A stretch of DNA of 64,000 nucleotides, from the NCBI GenBank assembly GCA_013265495.1, contig MU058054.1, forward strand, positions 1 to 64,000, written 5' to 3'. Position 1 is the first letter of the stretch; each line of letters begins with the position of its first letter. The stretch is from Vicugna vicugna (Eukaryota). The translations under genes and the position numbers were made by a program. The notes below the pieces were generated by a model that had not been told where the DNA came from, made no database searches, and was given only the letters and a program-made list of their open reading frames with translations. Positions 38,901 to 49,844 of the stretch are shown here, piece after piece.

Positions 38901-41900
38901 GCCAGAAACCAAGGAGGCATCCTTGACATCTCCTTTGTCTCAGCCCCTGCTTCTATCACTCAATCCTACAGAGCTACCTACTTGTCTCCATCCCCAACGG
39001 CATCACTCAGGGCTAATATGCTCTCTCACTAACACTTCAGCAACACCTTGCTTGTAAGAGGTAACCTCTCTGTGTGATTCTGGCCTGTGTTCAAATTGTT
39101 CAACACTCTGAAGAGTGGCCCTTTCTGAACAGAAACAGGGTCCTAAAAACTTCCTGCTTAAAGAGAGAATATTCTTAACATTAACAATGCCTCAAAGGCC
39201 CTGCACAGTTTGGCACCTTTCCACCTCCAGCCTCATCCTGCATCCTGCTCTCCAACATTCTCTGCGCTCTAACCACAGTTGCTTCCTTTCAGCTTCTTAA
39301 AAAGAACTAGACTCACCCCTGCCAGTGGGCTATTCTGAAGATTGCTTCCCCTGAACCATTCACCTAACTGATTGATTCCATTCTACCCTTCTCTCAGCTC
39401 TTAGCTCAGCCATTACTTCCTCAGGGAAGCCCTGCCTGCCCTTTCTCTAGTTCAAAGTGCCCTTTAATATAATCTAAAATCACACCTCTCTCCTAGATAG
39501 TACTTATAATAAAGTTCACAGTTTTGTGTGTGACTAGGTTCCTGGCCCCTGGATCCTAGGCTCCAAAAGAGTCAGGACTTCTTTTTCTTCTTATAGTACT
39601 GCCAGTTTTTAGTATAGTACATGAAATATAGTAAGTATTCTATAAATTTCAAACGAATTAGTGAACAGGCATGAGTTCATATCACAGAACTGTAATAATC
39701 AAAAACAGTCTGAAATTATGCCAGAAAAAGAACGGTAGGCTAAGAAACAATACAGAAAAGTTCAGAATAAATAAAAACCAAATACATAATAATGGTGGTT
39801 TCTGAGTTATCAGCATTTATTTAGTTAATAGTTTCAGAACTGGCTATTAAAAAAATTAAGTAAATTTTTATTTCACACCCCACATAAATTCCCAACTGAT
39901 TAAATATTTAAAAGTAAAACAAGGAAACCTCAAAAGTTCAGAGGAAGATATAAACAAGTATTTATGTAAGACTGGGAAGTACAGACAGACTAAGCATGAT
40001 GGGGGCTGAGGGGAAAGACTATTAAGAACTAGAACTGGTCAGTATTTGGCTCCATAGTAAATTAAATCTTCTACACATTAAATAACTACATAAATAAAAA
40101 CAAAAGGCAACAATCTAGAAACAAACATTTGCAACATGTGAAAGAGGGTTAAATCACTATATAAAGAACTCATAAATCAATAAAAATAAGAAAAATAGCA
40201 ATAGAGAAATAGATATTGCTGTAATTTTAAAATGTAAATAATCACAAACAAAATATGTTCAATCTCAGTAAAAATAAAAGGAGCACTAACTGAAGCAATG
40301 TGGTACCATTATTTACCTATTAAAATTGGTATTGGATTTTAAAGAAAAATAAACTCTGTTGACAGGCTATCAGTCAATAGGCATGTGAATAAACACCGAA
40401 AGTCAGAGAATAAATTCGTACGTCTTTTGGTAAGGCAATCTGCCAATGTACACAAAATTTCTTTAAATTCTGCATGCTCTTTGACTCAGCAATTCCTTTT
40501 GGGAATTTAAGGAAATTATCATGTTTATGTATGCAAAGTTATCCACTAGGATGGTCTTCAAAATGTTCTCTGAAACAGTAAGGAATCAACCAACCAAATA
40601 AATGCTCAACAATAGGGAATAGGCTAAGTTATGGCACATTCATATTGGAGTATCATGTAGCCACTTAAAATCATGCACTTGCACATGAAGTAACGTAGGA
40701 AGACGTTTATGGTAAATTGCTGAGTGAAAGTTATCAGGTTCTAAAACACTGGATACTGCGAGATCCCATTCCCATTTTTTAAATGGGAACACTCTGAAAA
40801 TTTATTGTGAGACAAAAATAAATCCTTCTGCAACTCGTCTGATAATATCATTTACATTTATATAAGCTCAGGTAGTGATGGAATTTAATCCTTCCTTCTA
40901 TTACGAAAATCTGGTAGAAAAAATAATTTACTTACTCTTCCAATTTCTGCAGTCCAAGAAACAACAATGGTGTTTGGTACAGTTGTGGACAACCTGACAA
41001 GGGAGGTGATATTAATTGGTCGGCTAGGTCGCTTTGGTTCCACACCGTTTTTAGTAGGTGGAAGATAACCCTAAGGATGAAACAGAATTCATTTGACATT
41101 ATTCCCATAACATCTCAACTTTCATTCCTTAAAAATACTTTACAAATGACATATTAGAAAATCTGAGTATTTTAGTTTAAAAGTAGAGAGACAATCATTT
41201 CTAAGAGTTTCTTGTATATTTCTCTAAACAACCCTACAGTCTCATTGTAGTAAGCCTGAAAAAATACTGGTAATAGAACTTAAAAATCTCTAAAATTTAA
41301 GAATTAGACTGAATTCTTAAAGAGCTCGGATAAGTCTATAAGGAATATTTTAAAGGTGAACAATAAGAACCCCCATTCCTGTTAAAGATCCAGCATTCTT
41401 CAAATCTCTATGCTCCCACAAGCTTCCAGATCCACATGAATACATCTGAGGTTTTGTTGAAATCAACTCTTCTTCTCAAAATTCGGCACAACACTAAATC
41501 TACCACACCCAATGCCAAGTCCTAGACTCTGTCTCCACAGCTAATGTCACAGCTGTTAATTGTACATAGTTGGTACAAGTGTTTCACTCAGTCACATGAA
41601 TATATATCCAAAATAAAGATGTTTTCTTAGGGGAAAAAACCCCTATGATTAACAACAGCTGTGATGACTTATTTGATAGCTATGTTGGCAATGCATTTAA
41701 AAAATAGTTTTTAGGACTTACTGGAAGGCTGCAAGGTTTTGTATTCACTTTCACACAAAGGTTGGGTGGGAAGTGATCTTCTTGCGGACAACTGGTTTCT
41801 GATAAACAAAACCTAAACAATAAAGGACAAGTTTAATTTCCTTTATTAAAGGATGACCTCATTAATATTTTTGCTCCATACTTAATCTAAAAGATGGTCA

Positions 41901-44900
41901 AACTTAACAATCAAAAACTACTAAAACTAGACATTTCACATGATGAATAAATGTATTTAAACAGGTTCAAAATAAATAATTCCATCAAAGTACAGTTTCA
42001 GTGCTCACAAGTACCAACCTGTAGTTGTTTTCATAATATTTCCAATCATTTGTTTAAGCATGTTTGGGTGGGGGAAGGAAGGGAAGGCACTCTGTGGTTG
42101 AATAAATTAAAGAAATTCTGAATCAAAAAATTAAGTTCCCTGAACATAGAACTAACTTCTCAGAGCTAGGCTAACAAGCACTGTGACTTTTTAAAAGGGA
42201 AATATACAGTATTTCTCAAACTTATGTGCCAGTAGAACAAAACATTGTTTTGGTTCTCAGCAGAACATACTGAAAATGCTAGCAGTGCACCCCCAGGATC
42301 AAGTTCTGTCCACTAAGCCCAGGTACTCCATTATTCCCTGGGAACTGAAGATGTTGAATAACATTATTTGTATTATATCCACAAGTATTTAGAATACTAG
42401 TTTAGAAAACATTCATTTCTAAATTAAATGTATAATCTTTTGAGAAAACCAAGGGCAGCTACGTAAGTTATAAATTCTCTATTCATTCTTACATAGATCA
42501 AGAAATAAATTATTAATTTGCTCTTTAAGACAACTATTCTTAATTACTTAATTATTCCCAATATACAACTGAGGCTCATTCCATATTTACAGAATGTTCA
42601 TAACACCTTTGAGTTATATGTAAGATGAAGGCTGCCTCTGAATTCTGTGAAATACCCTAATGCACAAACATCTTTCAACATCTTTTTTTTGTGTGGGAGG
42701 ATCCACAAAATGGGACAATTTTCTATGTCAAATCTCATGGATACACATATATGTTCATCTTTAAGGGGAGACAATCTATAGCTTCCGTCAGATTCTCAAA
42801 GGGATTAGAGATCCACGAAAGGGTAGAGAATTACTAATCTACAAACATTTTCTCAAAATATACTTAGCAAACAGATGTCATAGCTCTCAGGATCATCTCT
42901 AACCCCAGAAGAACCATCTATTACAGGCCAGTTCTTTACACCGCAACAGTAAGAGCATGCCATGAAGATTTAAATCAATTTATTCCAATGAGGTGATAAA
43001 TTTGAAACATGGACCTGGCTGCCTGAAGCTATCGAGAAAGAGTAATTTATATGACAAGCTGACTCCTATTCAACTAAGTAAAAAGTGAAAATCTAAATCA
43101 CCCTAACAAACCAAAGGGAAAAAACGGCAAACAATAGTATAAAGTTTCTGTATAGGAGTTCATGGCAGTGGGGAGTGGAAACAAATAAATGAAAACAGAT
43201 TAGGAATCTAATAGAGAAAATGCTGACCCTAATTCTGACCAAATTCTTTTCATGTTTTAGAAAAACAATTGTAAGTAGATGATAGAAAAATGCCATATGA
43301 TATTGCTTATATGTGGAATCTAAAAAAAAGGACACAAATGAACTTACCTACAAAACAGAAACAGACTCACAGACATAGAGAACAAACTTATGGTAAAGGG
43401 GGTGGGAAGGGATAAACTGGGAATTTAAAAATTGCACCTCTTGAGGATTGATGGAAATGTTAGATATCTTGATTGTGGTGGTGGTGTCATTGGTGTGTAC
43501 ATCTATCAAAATTCATCAAATTATACATTTGAAATATGTGTAGTTTACTGTATAGGAACCATATCACAATAAAAGTGTTAAAAAATAAAATAAAATGCAT
43601 GTTCTGATTTGAAGAATACAACCTCTTTTGTATCACTCTCAAAAAAAAAAAAAGGATAGTAGACAGGTATATACTCCCCACTTAATACACTGGGATTGCT
43701 GTGAAGGGTGAGGAGGGTGGGGATGAAAACCTTTTTATTAAAACACAAAGAACCACCTAACAATTACCAAATATAATACAAAATGGCTCTTTTTTTCAAC
43801 TTCTGGAGATAAATTTGAATTAAAAATGGCTAAGCCATTTTTAGCCATCAAAATTCCCTTAGAATCTCTGAACTGGTCTACCCCAGGGGAAAAAACCTTC
43901 CTTTGGAATATGAACCGTACCTCTTGCTGATTTAAAGAACGCACATATGTTAATACTAAGGATAGTAACTAGATCTTTTGTTCCAGAGCTACAGTTTTCA
44001 AGCTTTATTTTAGTCTTAAGACTTTCCTCAAATAAAAACCCAGAAGTCGAACATGCAAAACAGATCAAAGCAAGCACTACTTTGATTCAGAGTGTGTATA
44101 TATGGTGGGGTTAAGGGGGTTGGAGGGGTAGAAGGTGAAATGGTAGCCGGAGGGTAGATCCCAAAGGGTGGCTCCAGGCAACAATTTGAAAATCACTGTT
44201 TTAAAGGACAATATCACATATCATATGAACAAAAGGTGAATTGTTGAGGCAGGAAGTAAAAAATATTACAGCAATATATAATTAATTATGAAGGCATCAT
44301 ATTTTAACCCTTTATTCAGTCATGATCATGGTCTGTCCCTGACAGAAGACAAAGTAGCTTTTACATAGAAATACCTTTGTTGGTGCCTTCCAAAAGCAAG
44401 ACCTCAACCTCTCCTCCGCTTTCTCAGTCTTCACTATTTTTAAGCCTAGATCAGAGATTTCCACGTCGCTCCAGGAAGCATGGCGCTTTAGGCTCTTTTC
44501 AGATCTCCTATGTATCTACAACCTGTACGTAAAACTTAGGATTTGATTGTTGAGACTGGGCTACCTGACTTATCCTTCCCGCTTTACAGAGAAAACAGGC
44601 TGAGGCAGACAGTGGTCCTGTATTTCCTCTTCTACTACTGCAGCTACAATAGCGCAGGGCACTTAGGCCGACACAAGTCTAGTCATTGACTAAAAAATCC
44701 AGCATAAGGTGGTTTATACAAGCCAGAGAGAGAGAGAGACATATTAACATAAAAGATTTCATAAGGTATTCTTAGAAGAAATGGGCTAAGAAAAGAAACT
44801 GAATATGGGGCAGTACCATGTTGGAAAATTTTCTTTTTGTCTTTGCAAAACTATAAAGAGATGTCTCACATGGAATCTAAATTAAGAGTGCATTTAAATT

Positions 44901-45735
44901 AATGATTTAAAATAACAGGACAAAGCAAATTAGACTATTTTGGTGGTTAGCCCATGAGACACTGTAGACTTAACCCAAGTACCAGTTCCTTATCTACAGT
45001 AGTTTGCCACTCATGTAGATAAGGTCTTTGCTTTCATAAAACTTGGTGCTTTTAAAGGGCTGACCTCTATGATATTTAAACATATCATTAGCTGGAGCTT
45101 ATAAACCAACCAAAGGCAACCAAAATAGAGAAATGTGGTTAAATATATGTTACATGACTTGCTATATTAAAACTGAAATTGGATAATAATTAGGACATTT
45201 CATAATAGGAAAAGGTTTTCCCTCCCCTAAACATCTAAACCCAATACTTTCAATACTTGTTGAAAACTGGGTATATTTTTAATATCCTTAAGAAATATTA
45301 ACTTTTAAACTTAGATATATACTTTAGCCATCACTGTACCTTAACTGGACCTGCACTGTGAAGTCACATTTGGTCCCAGAAATATCCCTAGAAAAGACAG
45401 AGGAAGAACTATAATTATTTTAAAGACATGCACATGAAAGCTGATTCAAAGACACTACTACTCTAGAAAGCATTGCAAATTAATCAGAGATACTAATTGT
45501 TCTCAGGGTAACTAACACTGTAATGTATTTTCAATACTAATATTTGCATGACACTAATACTCACCCAATACACTGTTCTAAAAAGTCACTTATCATGGAC
45601 AGTACTGGATTCCAAAGTCAAACTGCAAGTTCTACTTGAAGACAACTTACATGGAACTACTGATCTGCTGCACTTGCTGTGGCGTCAATGCAAACGCAAA
45701 GCAGGTTTCTCGAAAGCGCTGACTGTTGTCTGATG
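6738..45735 (-). CDS. PIAS1: PIAS1 E3 SUMO-protein ligase, 5'-partial spliced CDS (exons 3-14)
   Basis: Exons of 85+48+91+135+106+74+161+131+181+143+38+294 = 1487 nt, all GT-AG with compatible phases. They translate to [13 protein letters not shown]...PINIT...[13 protein letters not shown]...[14 protein letters not shown]...IIPDIISLD*. Confidence 0.98.
7256..7392 (-). mobile_element. tRNA-derived SINE (camelid Vic-1-like)
   Basis: Reverse complement reads gggagtgtatatatagctcagtggcagagtgcctgctcagcacacatgaggacctgggctcaatccc...acctaattacc plus an A-rich tail. Confidence 0.75.
7835..7872 (-). CDS. PIAS1: PIAS1 exon 13 (38 nt)
   Basis: cccacag|GA TTA GAT TTC TTT CCT TTC TTA TCA GGA GAC AAT CAG|gtatgt = (G)[12 protein letters not shown]. 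Confidence 0.95.
8780..8981 (-). mobile_element. MER3-like hAT-Charlie MITE
   Basis: Internal inverted repeats gccactagcca / tggctagtggc and the terminus gaaagttctactgcacagagctg. Confidence 0.75.
9761..9903 (-). CDS. PIAS1: PIAS1 exon 12
   Basis: ttctag|C ATA TTG...; [48 protein letters not shown]|gtgagt; 143 nt. Confidence 0.97.
11764..11833 (-). mobile_element. Severely 5'-truncated L1 3' end with 13-bp TSD
   Basis: aattgagttatagtcagtttacaatgttgtg...ctggtgtacagc flanked by GCATTTAATCCTT at 11751-11763 and 11834-11846. Confidence 0.8.
13100..13259 (+). mobile_element. MER5-like hAT MITE
   Basis: ggatcacctgg...tgaatcaga...caggtgacttctga...caaagtttgagaactact. Confidence 0.65.
13472..13652 (-). 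CDS. PIAS1: PIAS1 exon 11 (SIM plus acidic/serine tract)
   Basis: cacacag|GA TGC...; [60 protein letters not shown]|gtaagt; 181 nt. Confidence 0.97.
14348..14478 (-). CDS. PIAS1: PIAS1 exon 10
   Basis: ttatag|[54 protein letters not shown]|gtgagt; 131 nt. Confidence 0.97.
16084..16244 (-). CDS. PIAS1: PIAS1 exon 9 (SP-RING core)
   Basis: tttaaag|[60 protein letters not shown]|gtatgt; 161 nt. Confidence 0.98.
17768..17908 (-). mobile_element. tRNA-derived SINE (Vic-1-like)
   Basis: gaggtactggggattgaacccggg...atgctaagcatgcac...gagctacaccctacccc with a T-rich tail; imperfect flanking repeat acttca(a)tttt. Confidence 0.8.
17956..17982. repeat. (CA)n microsatellite, ~13 units
   Basis: Seen directly. 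Confidence 0.95.
20192..22980 (-). mobile_element. Old L1 (3'UTR, ORF2 C-terminus and endonuclease region) with an internal deletion
   Basis: Minus-strand peptides [21 protein letters not shown] (ORF2 C-terminus), [17 protein letters not shown] and IVGDFNTSL...[13 protein letters not shown] (EN domain). The RT-encoding part appears missing near 21420. Confidence 0.9.
21707..22060 (-). mobile_element. Nested L1 3' end inside the older L1, with 15-bp TSD
   Basis: Poly(T) plus L1M-type 3'UTR, flanked by CTAGGAATTTATCCA at 21692-21706 and 22061-22075. Confidence 0.85.
23350..23468 (+). mobile_element. tRNA-derived SINE (Vic-1-like)
   Basis: atagctcaaagtggtagagcgcatgctcagcatgcacaaggtcctggggtcaattcccagtacttcc...aaacctaattacctcccc; aagaataa on both flanks. 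Confidence 0.85.
23748..23889 (+). mobile_element. tRNA-derived SINE (Vic-1-like)
   Basis: gggggagggtatagctcagtggtag...gtcctgggttcaatccc (A/B boxes) followed by poly(A). Confidence 0.85.
24532..24605 (-). CDS. PIAS1: PIAS1 exon 8
   Basis: atgtcag|TT AAA GAG; (I)[24 protein letters not shown]|gtaagt; 74 nt. Absent from the ORF track. Confidence 0.97.
26455..26665 (+). mobile_element. MIR SINE
   Basis: MIR core agtcacttaacatttctgtgcctcagtttcatcatcttgtaaatggg. Confidence 0.75.
26715..28885. mobile_element. Old L1 with inverted 5' segment (minus 26715-27602, plus 27620-28885)
   Basis: Degenerate ORF2 RT-region sequence on the minus strand, then ORF2 C-terminal half and 3'UTR ending aataaa plus an A-rich tail on the plus strand. 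Confidence 0.8.
29161..29348 (-). mobile_element. MER3-like hAT MITE
   Basis: ggtagccactag...aagtggcta...gaacatttccatcatcacag...ttctattagacagtg. Confidence 0.75.
29493..29630 (-). mobile_element. tRNA-derived SINE (Vic-1-like)
   Basis: ggaggtactggggattgaacccaggaccttgtgcacgctcagcatgcgctctaccacttgagctgtaccctc with poly(T); TSD-like caagatctct / caagacctct. Confidence 0.88.
29650..30880 (-). mobile_element. L2 LINE remnant
   Basis: Starts with the reversed L2 3' end ctactatgtgccaggcactgtgcta; purine-rich L2 body including gtttcagtgga. Confidence 0.7.
31120..31845 (+). mobile_element. L2 LINE remnant
   Basis: Pyrimidine-rich body ending gtgcctggaacacagtagactc...tgaatga. Confidence 0.65.
34041..34146 (-). 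CDS. PIAS1: PIAS1 exon 7
   Basis: ttttccag|[41 protein letters not shown] plus A|gtacgt; 106 nt. Confidence 0.97.
34245..34420 (-). mobile_element. MIR SINE
   Basis: acctactgtgtgccaagcact...tcatttaatcct...gatgaggaaa...aacttgccc. Confidence 0.7.
36412..36543 (-). mobile_element. Short L1 3' end with 10-bp TSD
   Basis: aattgagctatagttgacatataacattgtgtaaattcaaggtgtacaat flanked by ACTAGCTCTT at 36402-36411 and 36544-36553. Confidence 0.75.
37100..40780 (+). mobile_element. Very old L1 (L1ME-like) interrupted by an L2 at ~37880-39665
   Basis: L1 ORF2-like DNA (tttaacactgttctgaagg, aacaaatggagaaacatac) stops near 37870 and resumes near 39670. The middle is pyrimidine-rich and ends like an L2 3' end. 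Confidence 0.6.
40936..41070 (-). CDS. PIAS1: PIAS1 exon 6 (PINIT motif)
   Basis: ccttag|[51 protein letters not shown]|gtaagt; 135 nt. Confidence 0.98.
41722..41812 (-). CDS. PIAS1: PIAS1 exon 5
   Basis: gtttag|[37 protein letters not shown]|gtaagt; 91 nt. Confidence 0.97.
43278..43595 (+). mobile_element. Two adjacent L1 3'UTR fragments
   Basis: atatgtggaatctaaaaaa...cagactcacagacatagagaac, then gatggaaatgttagatatcttgattgtggtggtgg...aataaa. Confidence 0.7.
45340..45387 (-). CDS. PIAS1: PIAS1 exon 4
   Basis: ttctag|[23 protein letters not shown]|gtacag; 48 nt. Confidence 0.96.
45651..45735 (-). CDS. PIAS1: PIAS1 exon 3
   Basis: ctttag|CA TCA GAC; (A)[28 protein letters not shown]|gtaagt; 85 nt. 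Confidence 0.97.
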
Positions 45736-46465
45736 CTAAAGAAGAAAAGGATTATACTTTTAATTATCTTCAAATTCATCAACAGAGAATACAATGCAAA
45801 TAAAACAATGCACCTACTCACATGACTTTAAATTAACTAGGATGGATACTAGAGTTTAGATAAGTCAATTAAGGCACTGAAAAATAAGAAATGTGCCAAA
45901 TATATAATCTTATAAACATTTTCATCTAAAATGCACACTTGTTTAAAAACAAATAATACAAACCCATTTAAAGATACATGGTTTCTCAGCTAAGTAACAA
46001 ACATATACACCTTGAGATCTCCACAGGCGAGATGACATCTGGTCTTTAAGGCAAATTAAGAGTTTTACCATCTCCCGTCTAACTACATCATGCAAGTTTT
46101 ATACAATAAATATATATAATTTCTCCTATGCTTAGATGACTTGACTTCAAAATTTGCCTGTGGTCACGATCTCAAAAGAGGAAAAACAAGAAGAAAGGAG
46201 GGAGGGAAGGAAGTGGAGGTGGGGAGAGAGAAAAGAGCAGGAGAGCAGACAAGCAAGCATAGGTCAGTGTGGACCAGGGATCCCTGCAGGCTGCTGCTGT
46301 GAGCAACAGTCCTACTGGCTTTTAATACATGTTTTATATATATTTAAAAAAATCAGTGGTCAATATCCCTCTTTTTCACTAATGTTTTCTCAGTGCTTGG
46401 CACAAAGTGGCACTGAATGTCTGTTAAATGAACAAAAGACTGAAAACTAAGAAATACCAAATTAG

Positions 46466-47122
46466 GCAGACACTATGGAAAACAGTATGGCAATTCCTTA
46501 AAAAACTAAAAATAGAACTACCATATATGATCCAGCAATCCCATTCCTGGACATACATTTGAAGAAAACTCTAATTTGAAAAGATACATGCACCCCAATG
46601 TTCACAGCAGCACTATTTACAATAGCCAAGACATGGAAGCAACCTAAATGTCCATCAATAGATGACTGGATAAAGAAGTTATGGTATATACCTACAATGG
46701 AATACTACTCAGCCATAAAAAAGAATGAAATAATGCCATTTGCAACAACATGGATGGACCTAGAGATTATCATACTAAGTGATGTAAGTCAGACAGAGAA
46801 AGATAAATATCATATGACACAAATGATCTTATTTATAAAACAGAAAGAGACTCACAGACATAGAAAAGAAACTTATGGTTACCGAAGGCGAAAGGAGAGT
46901 GAAGGGATACAATAGGAGTCTGAGATTAGCAGATACAAACTATTATATACAAAATAGATAAACAACAAGGTCCTACTGTATAACACAGGGAACTATATCC
47001 AATAGCTTGTAATAACCTATATTGAAAAAATATGAAAAAGTATTCATATGTGTAACAATCACTATGCTATACCTCTGAAACTAACACAACATTGTAAATC
47101 AACTGTTTCAATTTAAAAAAAA
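46466..47122 (+). mobile_element. Relatively young 5'-truncated L1
   Basis: ORF2 C-terminus MFTAALFTIAKTWKQPKCPSIDDWIKKLWYI...MEYYSAIKKNE, then 3'UTR and poly(A); ccaaatta on both flanks. Confidence 0.93.
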
Positions 47123-48698
47123 GCCAAATTAAATTATTTAAACTATATTTTTCCAGGGTAATTTTCTAGAACAAATGGATCACTAAAAGTTACTACCAAG
47201 GAATTCCCAGCATGTGAGCCACTTAAACCTGTGCAGAAAAAGTAGCTAAACTTGGCCATCTCTTACTTTCAAGCAATACTTCCTCCAAGACTACCACCAA
47301 ACCATAGTATGTCATGCTAAAAAATCTGTACAAATGCAAAAAGGCACTGTTGATCTACAATTTCATGTCAATACAGGAGTATCTTTTAAAGTCTAAATTT
47401 GCATTTCTGCATTCTGTGATCTGGGAAGACTTTTTTCTTAAAGACTCTATCTCCAAGAAATAGTTACTAACTAGAAAGTTACCTTAATTGTGAAATATCA
47501 ACCTGCAAAGAGGCTGATAATCAACAATCAGAATGTAGAAAAGTAAACAGTTTCCTCTGTTAAACAATGAAGGTAACTACTTTGAGTCTTAGAGGATATA
47601 TCTCTATGAAGATTTCAGTCCAGTAGGCTTAGCCCGATTTAGATTATTGGCTTCATTCTAGAAAAGTGCTAAAAAAATTTCTGAAGTACTAAAACCCATC
47701 ATTCTCTAGGCAAAATTTCAGATTCATTTTAGAATATATGAGTACAGTAAGTTTTGGACACACATATGCAGATTTAAATAGAGAAGTTATGACTAAAATG
47801 ACGAGACTGTTTCTTGAGCCACAAGCAAAATTCAGGTTTATTACTTAATACTAATGCCTATTTACATCTCTTTTACAGACAGTTGACTGGAATGCTCATG
47901 GGGTTATTACTGTTTAACTGGAAAAGTGTCTTTCATACTATGTGATTTTCAGGTTTAATTTTGCTATGAATGCCAGTGAATTTATACTTTTGGTCTTAGA
48001 TAACAGACTATTTAAAATTTTTTTAAAAGTGAATTAAACTATCATTATCCCTTTCAGAAAAATGACACCAAACAGATTCAAGGAATCTTCATATTGAAAA
48101 AGGAGTCTTACAAATCATCCAAAATAACGACCTCCAGGGTTGGGGAAATGCATTCAGATGGATACACAAGACAATCCACAGGAATAAAGGAACAAATACC
48201 TATCTACTTACAAAACGGAAGTGTAAAAAGTCCAGCTTTTACATAAAATCTAATTTACAAAAACATCTAAAGCTTTATGTCAATCTGAAAAACTTCCATT
48301 TTTGGTGTGTTTTATAACATACACAATATTAGTATAATAGTTTAATGTATAACACATATATGGTATATACTAAATTTTTTTGCTGAGAGGTACAAATGAT
48401 CAAAGTTTGCAGACCATTGTTCTAGACAGAGTTCAACTTTCCTTTCAGTTTTTTCATTTATAGTTTGTGCCCTTTTAGCCACGGAGGAAGAGGGGCCATT
48501 ACCTTGTCAGACAGGAGATGACTGGCGATGAACAGTGTAACTGTAAGAAAGCTTGCAGCCCAACAGAGTAGCAAAGTTTAGTGGAAAGAGATGAGATCAC
48601 AGAGACCTCGATTCCAAACTGGTCTTACCATTTACTTGCCATGTGACCTTAGGTACTTATCCATTCTCAGTCTGTTTTCTGTAATATTTAAACATAAA

Positions 48699-48721
48699 TA
48701 CACACACACACACACACACAC
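48699..48721. repeat. (CA)n microsatellite within a MIR-like remnant
   Basis: Seen directly. Confidence 0.9.
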
Positions 48722-49069
48722 CCTCACTGGGTTATTTGAAATATAAATGAAGTAAGGTATTTAAAACAAGCGCCAACTTCCTTTAATGTCTCCCCTCCTC
48801 ATGTTCTTACACTGAATCAAAAAATATAATCCTGTAACTCCTATCCATAGATGTCATACAGCATATCCAATCACAGCCATTCTACAAATATTTACAAATA
48901 TTTCAGACAACATTAATGTGCCCCCTTCTCTCCATGAACTCTTCCCACTGTATTCCAGGCAAGATTTCAGAATGACTCCCCCATCCTGATCCTTCTCCTT
49001 TGGATATATCTCAGGCTATCACACTCTTAAAGTGACAGCCAGAACTGCACACACTGTCATAACATATAT

Positions 49070-49355
49070 CATTTCTCCAAAATACCTGCTGCCTCTCTGT
49101 AGTGGCCCATCCCTGTGCCACTGATAGTAGCCCTGATCAATGAAGTATGAGTGGAAGTGTACCACTTCTGAGCAGACCTTTAAGAACTATCCTTGGGCCT
49201 TAGCATCTTTCTCTCCAGTCTGCCTTGATTCTAGAGTGAATAAAACATACAGCAGAGGCACAGCCAACCTGCAGTTAATAAATAATGTAAGTGAGAAATA
49301 AATCTTAGTTGTCTGACACTGAAATTTCTGATTGCCTGTAAGCTGACTGATGTAT
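49070..49355 (+). mobile_element. MaLR (MLT1-like) LTR remnant
   Basis: caatgaagtatgagtggaagtg...ccacttctg and gtgagaaataaatc...gttgt motifs. Confidence 0.55.
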
Positions 49356-49844
49356 TATTCCATATGTGATATGATTAGCATAGTATTTTTTTATCAACAA
49401 CTACTATTGTTAATCCACACAAAAATCATGAAGAAAAAGTATCTGCTCTTTTTTCAGATTTAGAAATTGAGGTTCAAAGTAGTTATGTAATTGTCAAGGC
49501 CTCACAGAAGGTACGCAGAACCAGATACGGAGCTCGGCTCTACACATTTCCAAAGCCCATGCTCTTCTCGTCACATAGGTCTAATCAGCTCCCCTGATCC
49601 ACATGGTTTATTTTTATTAATGCAGCCTAGCATTATACTGGATCTTAGAAAACCGGAAAAGAATTATCCACGATACCTTCATCATAACTGCTTATCATTT
49701 TTACATTTCTTTCCAATCAAATTATACATATAATTTGAAAGATTGCTTTTTAAAAATTGCCCTTAACATATTTTCAATCACAATCCCTATTAACATATTT
49801 AATTACTGCATTGTATACTATCTATGGGGTATATGAAAATTTTA

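Noticed and set aside
45730..45737. Second AG 6 nt inside exon 3 (ag|CATCAG)
   Set aside because: Would drop two conserved residues; no evidence of use.
46598..46915. 105-aa ORF
   Set aside because: L1 ORF2 C-terminus and 3'UTR of a truncated element, not a host gene.
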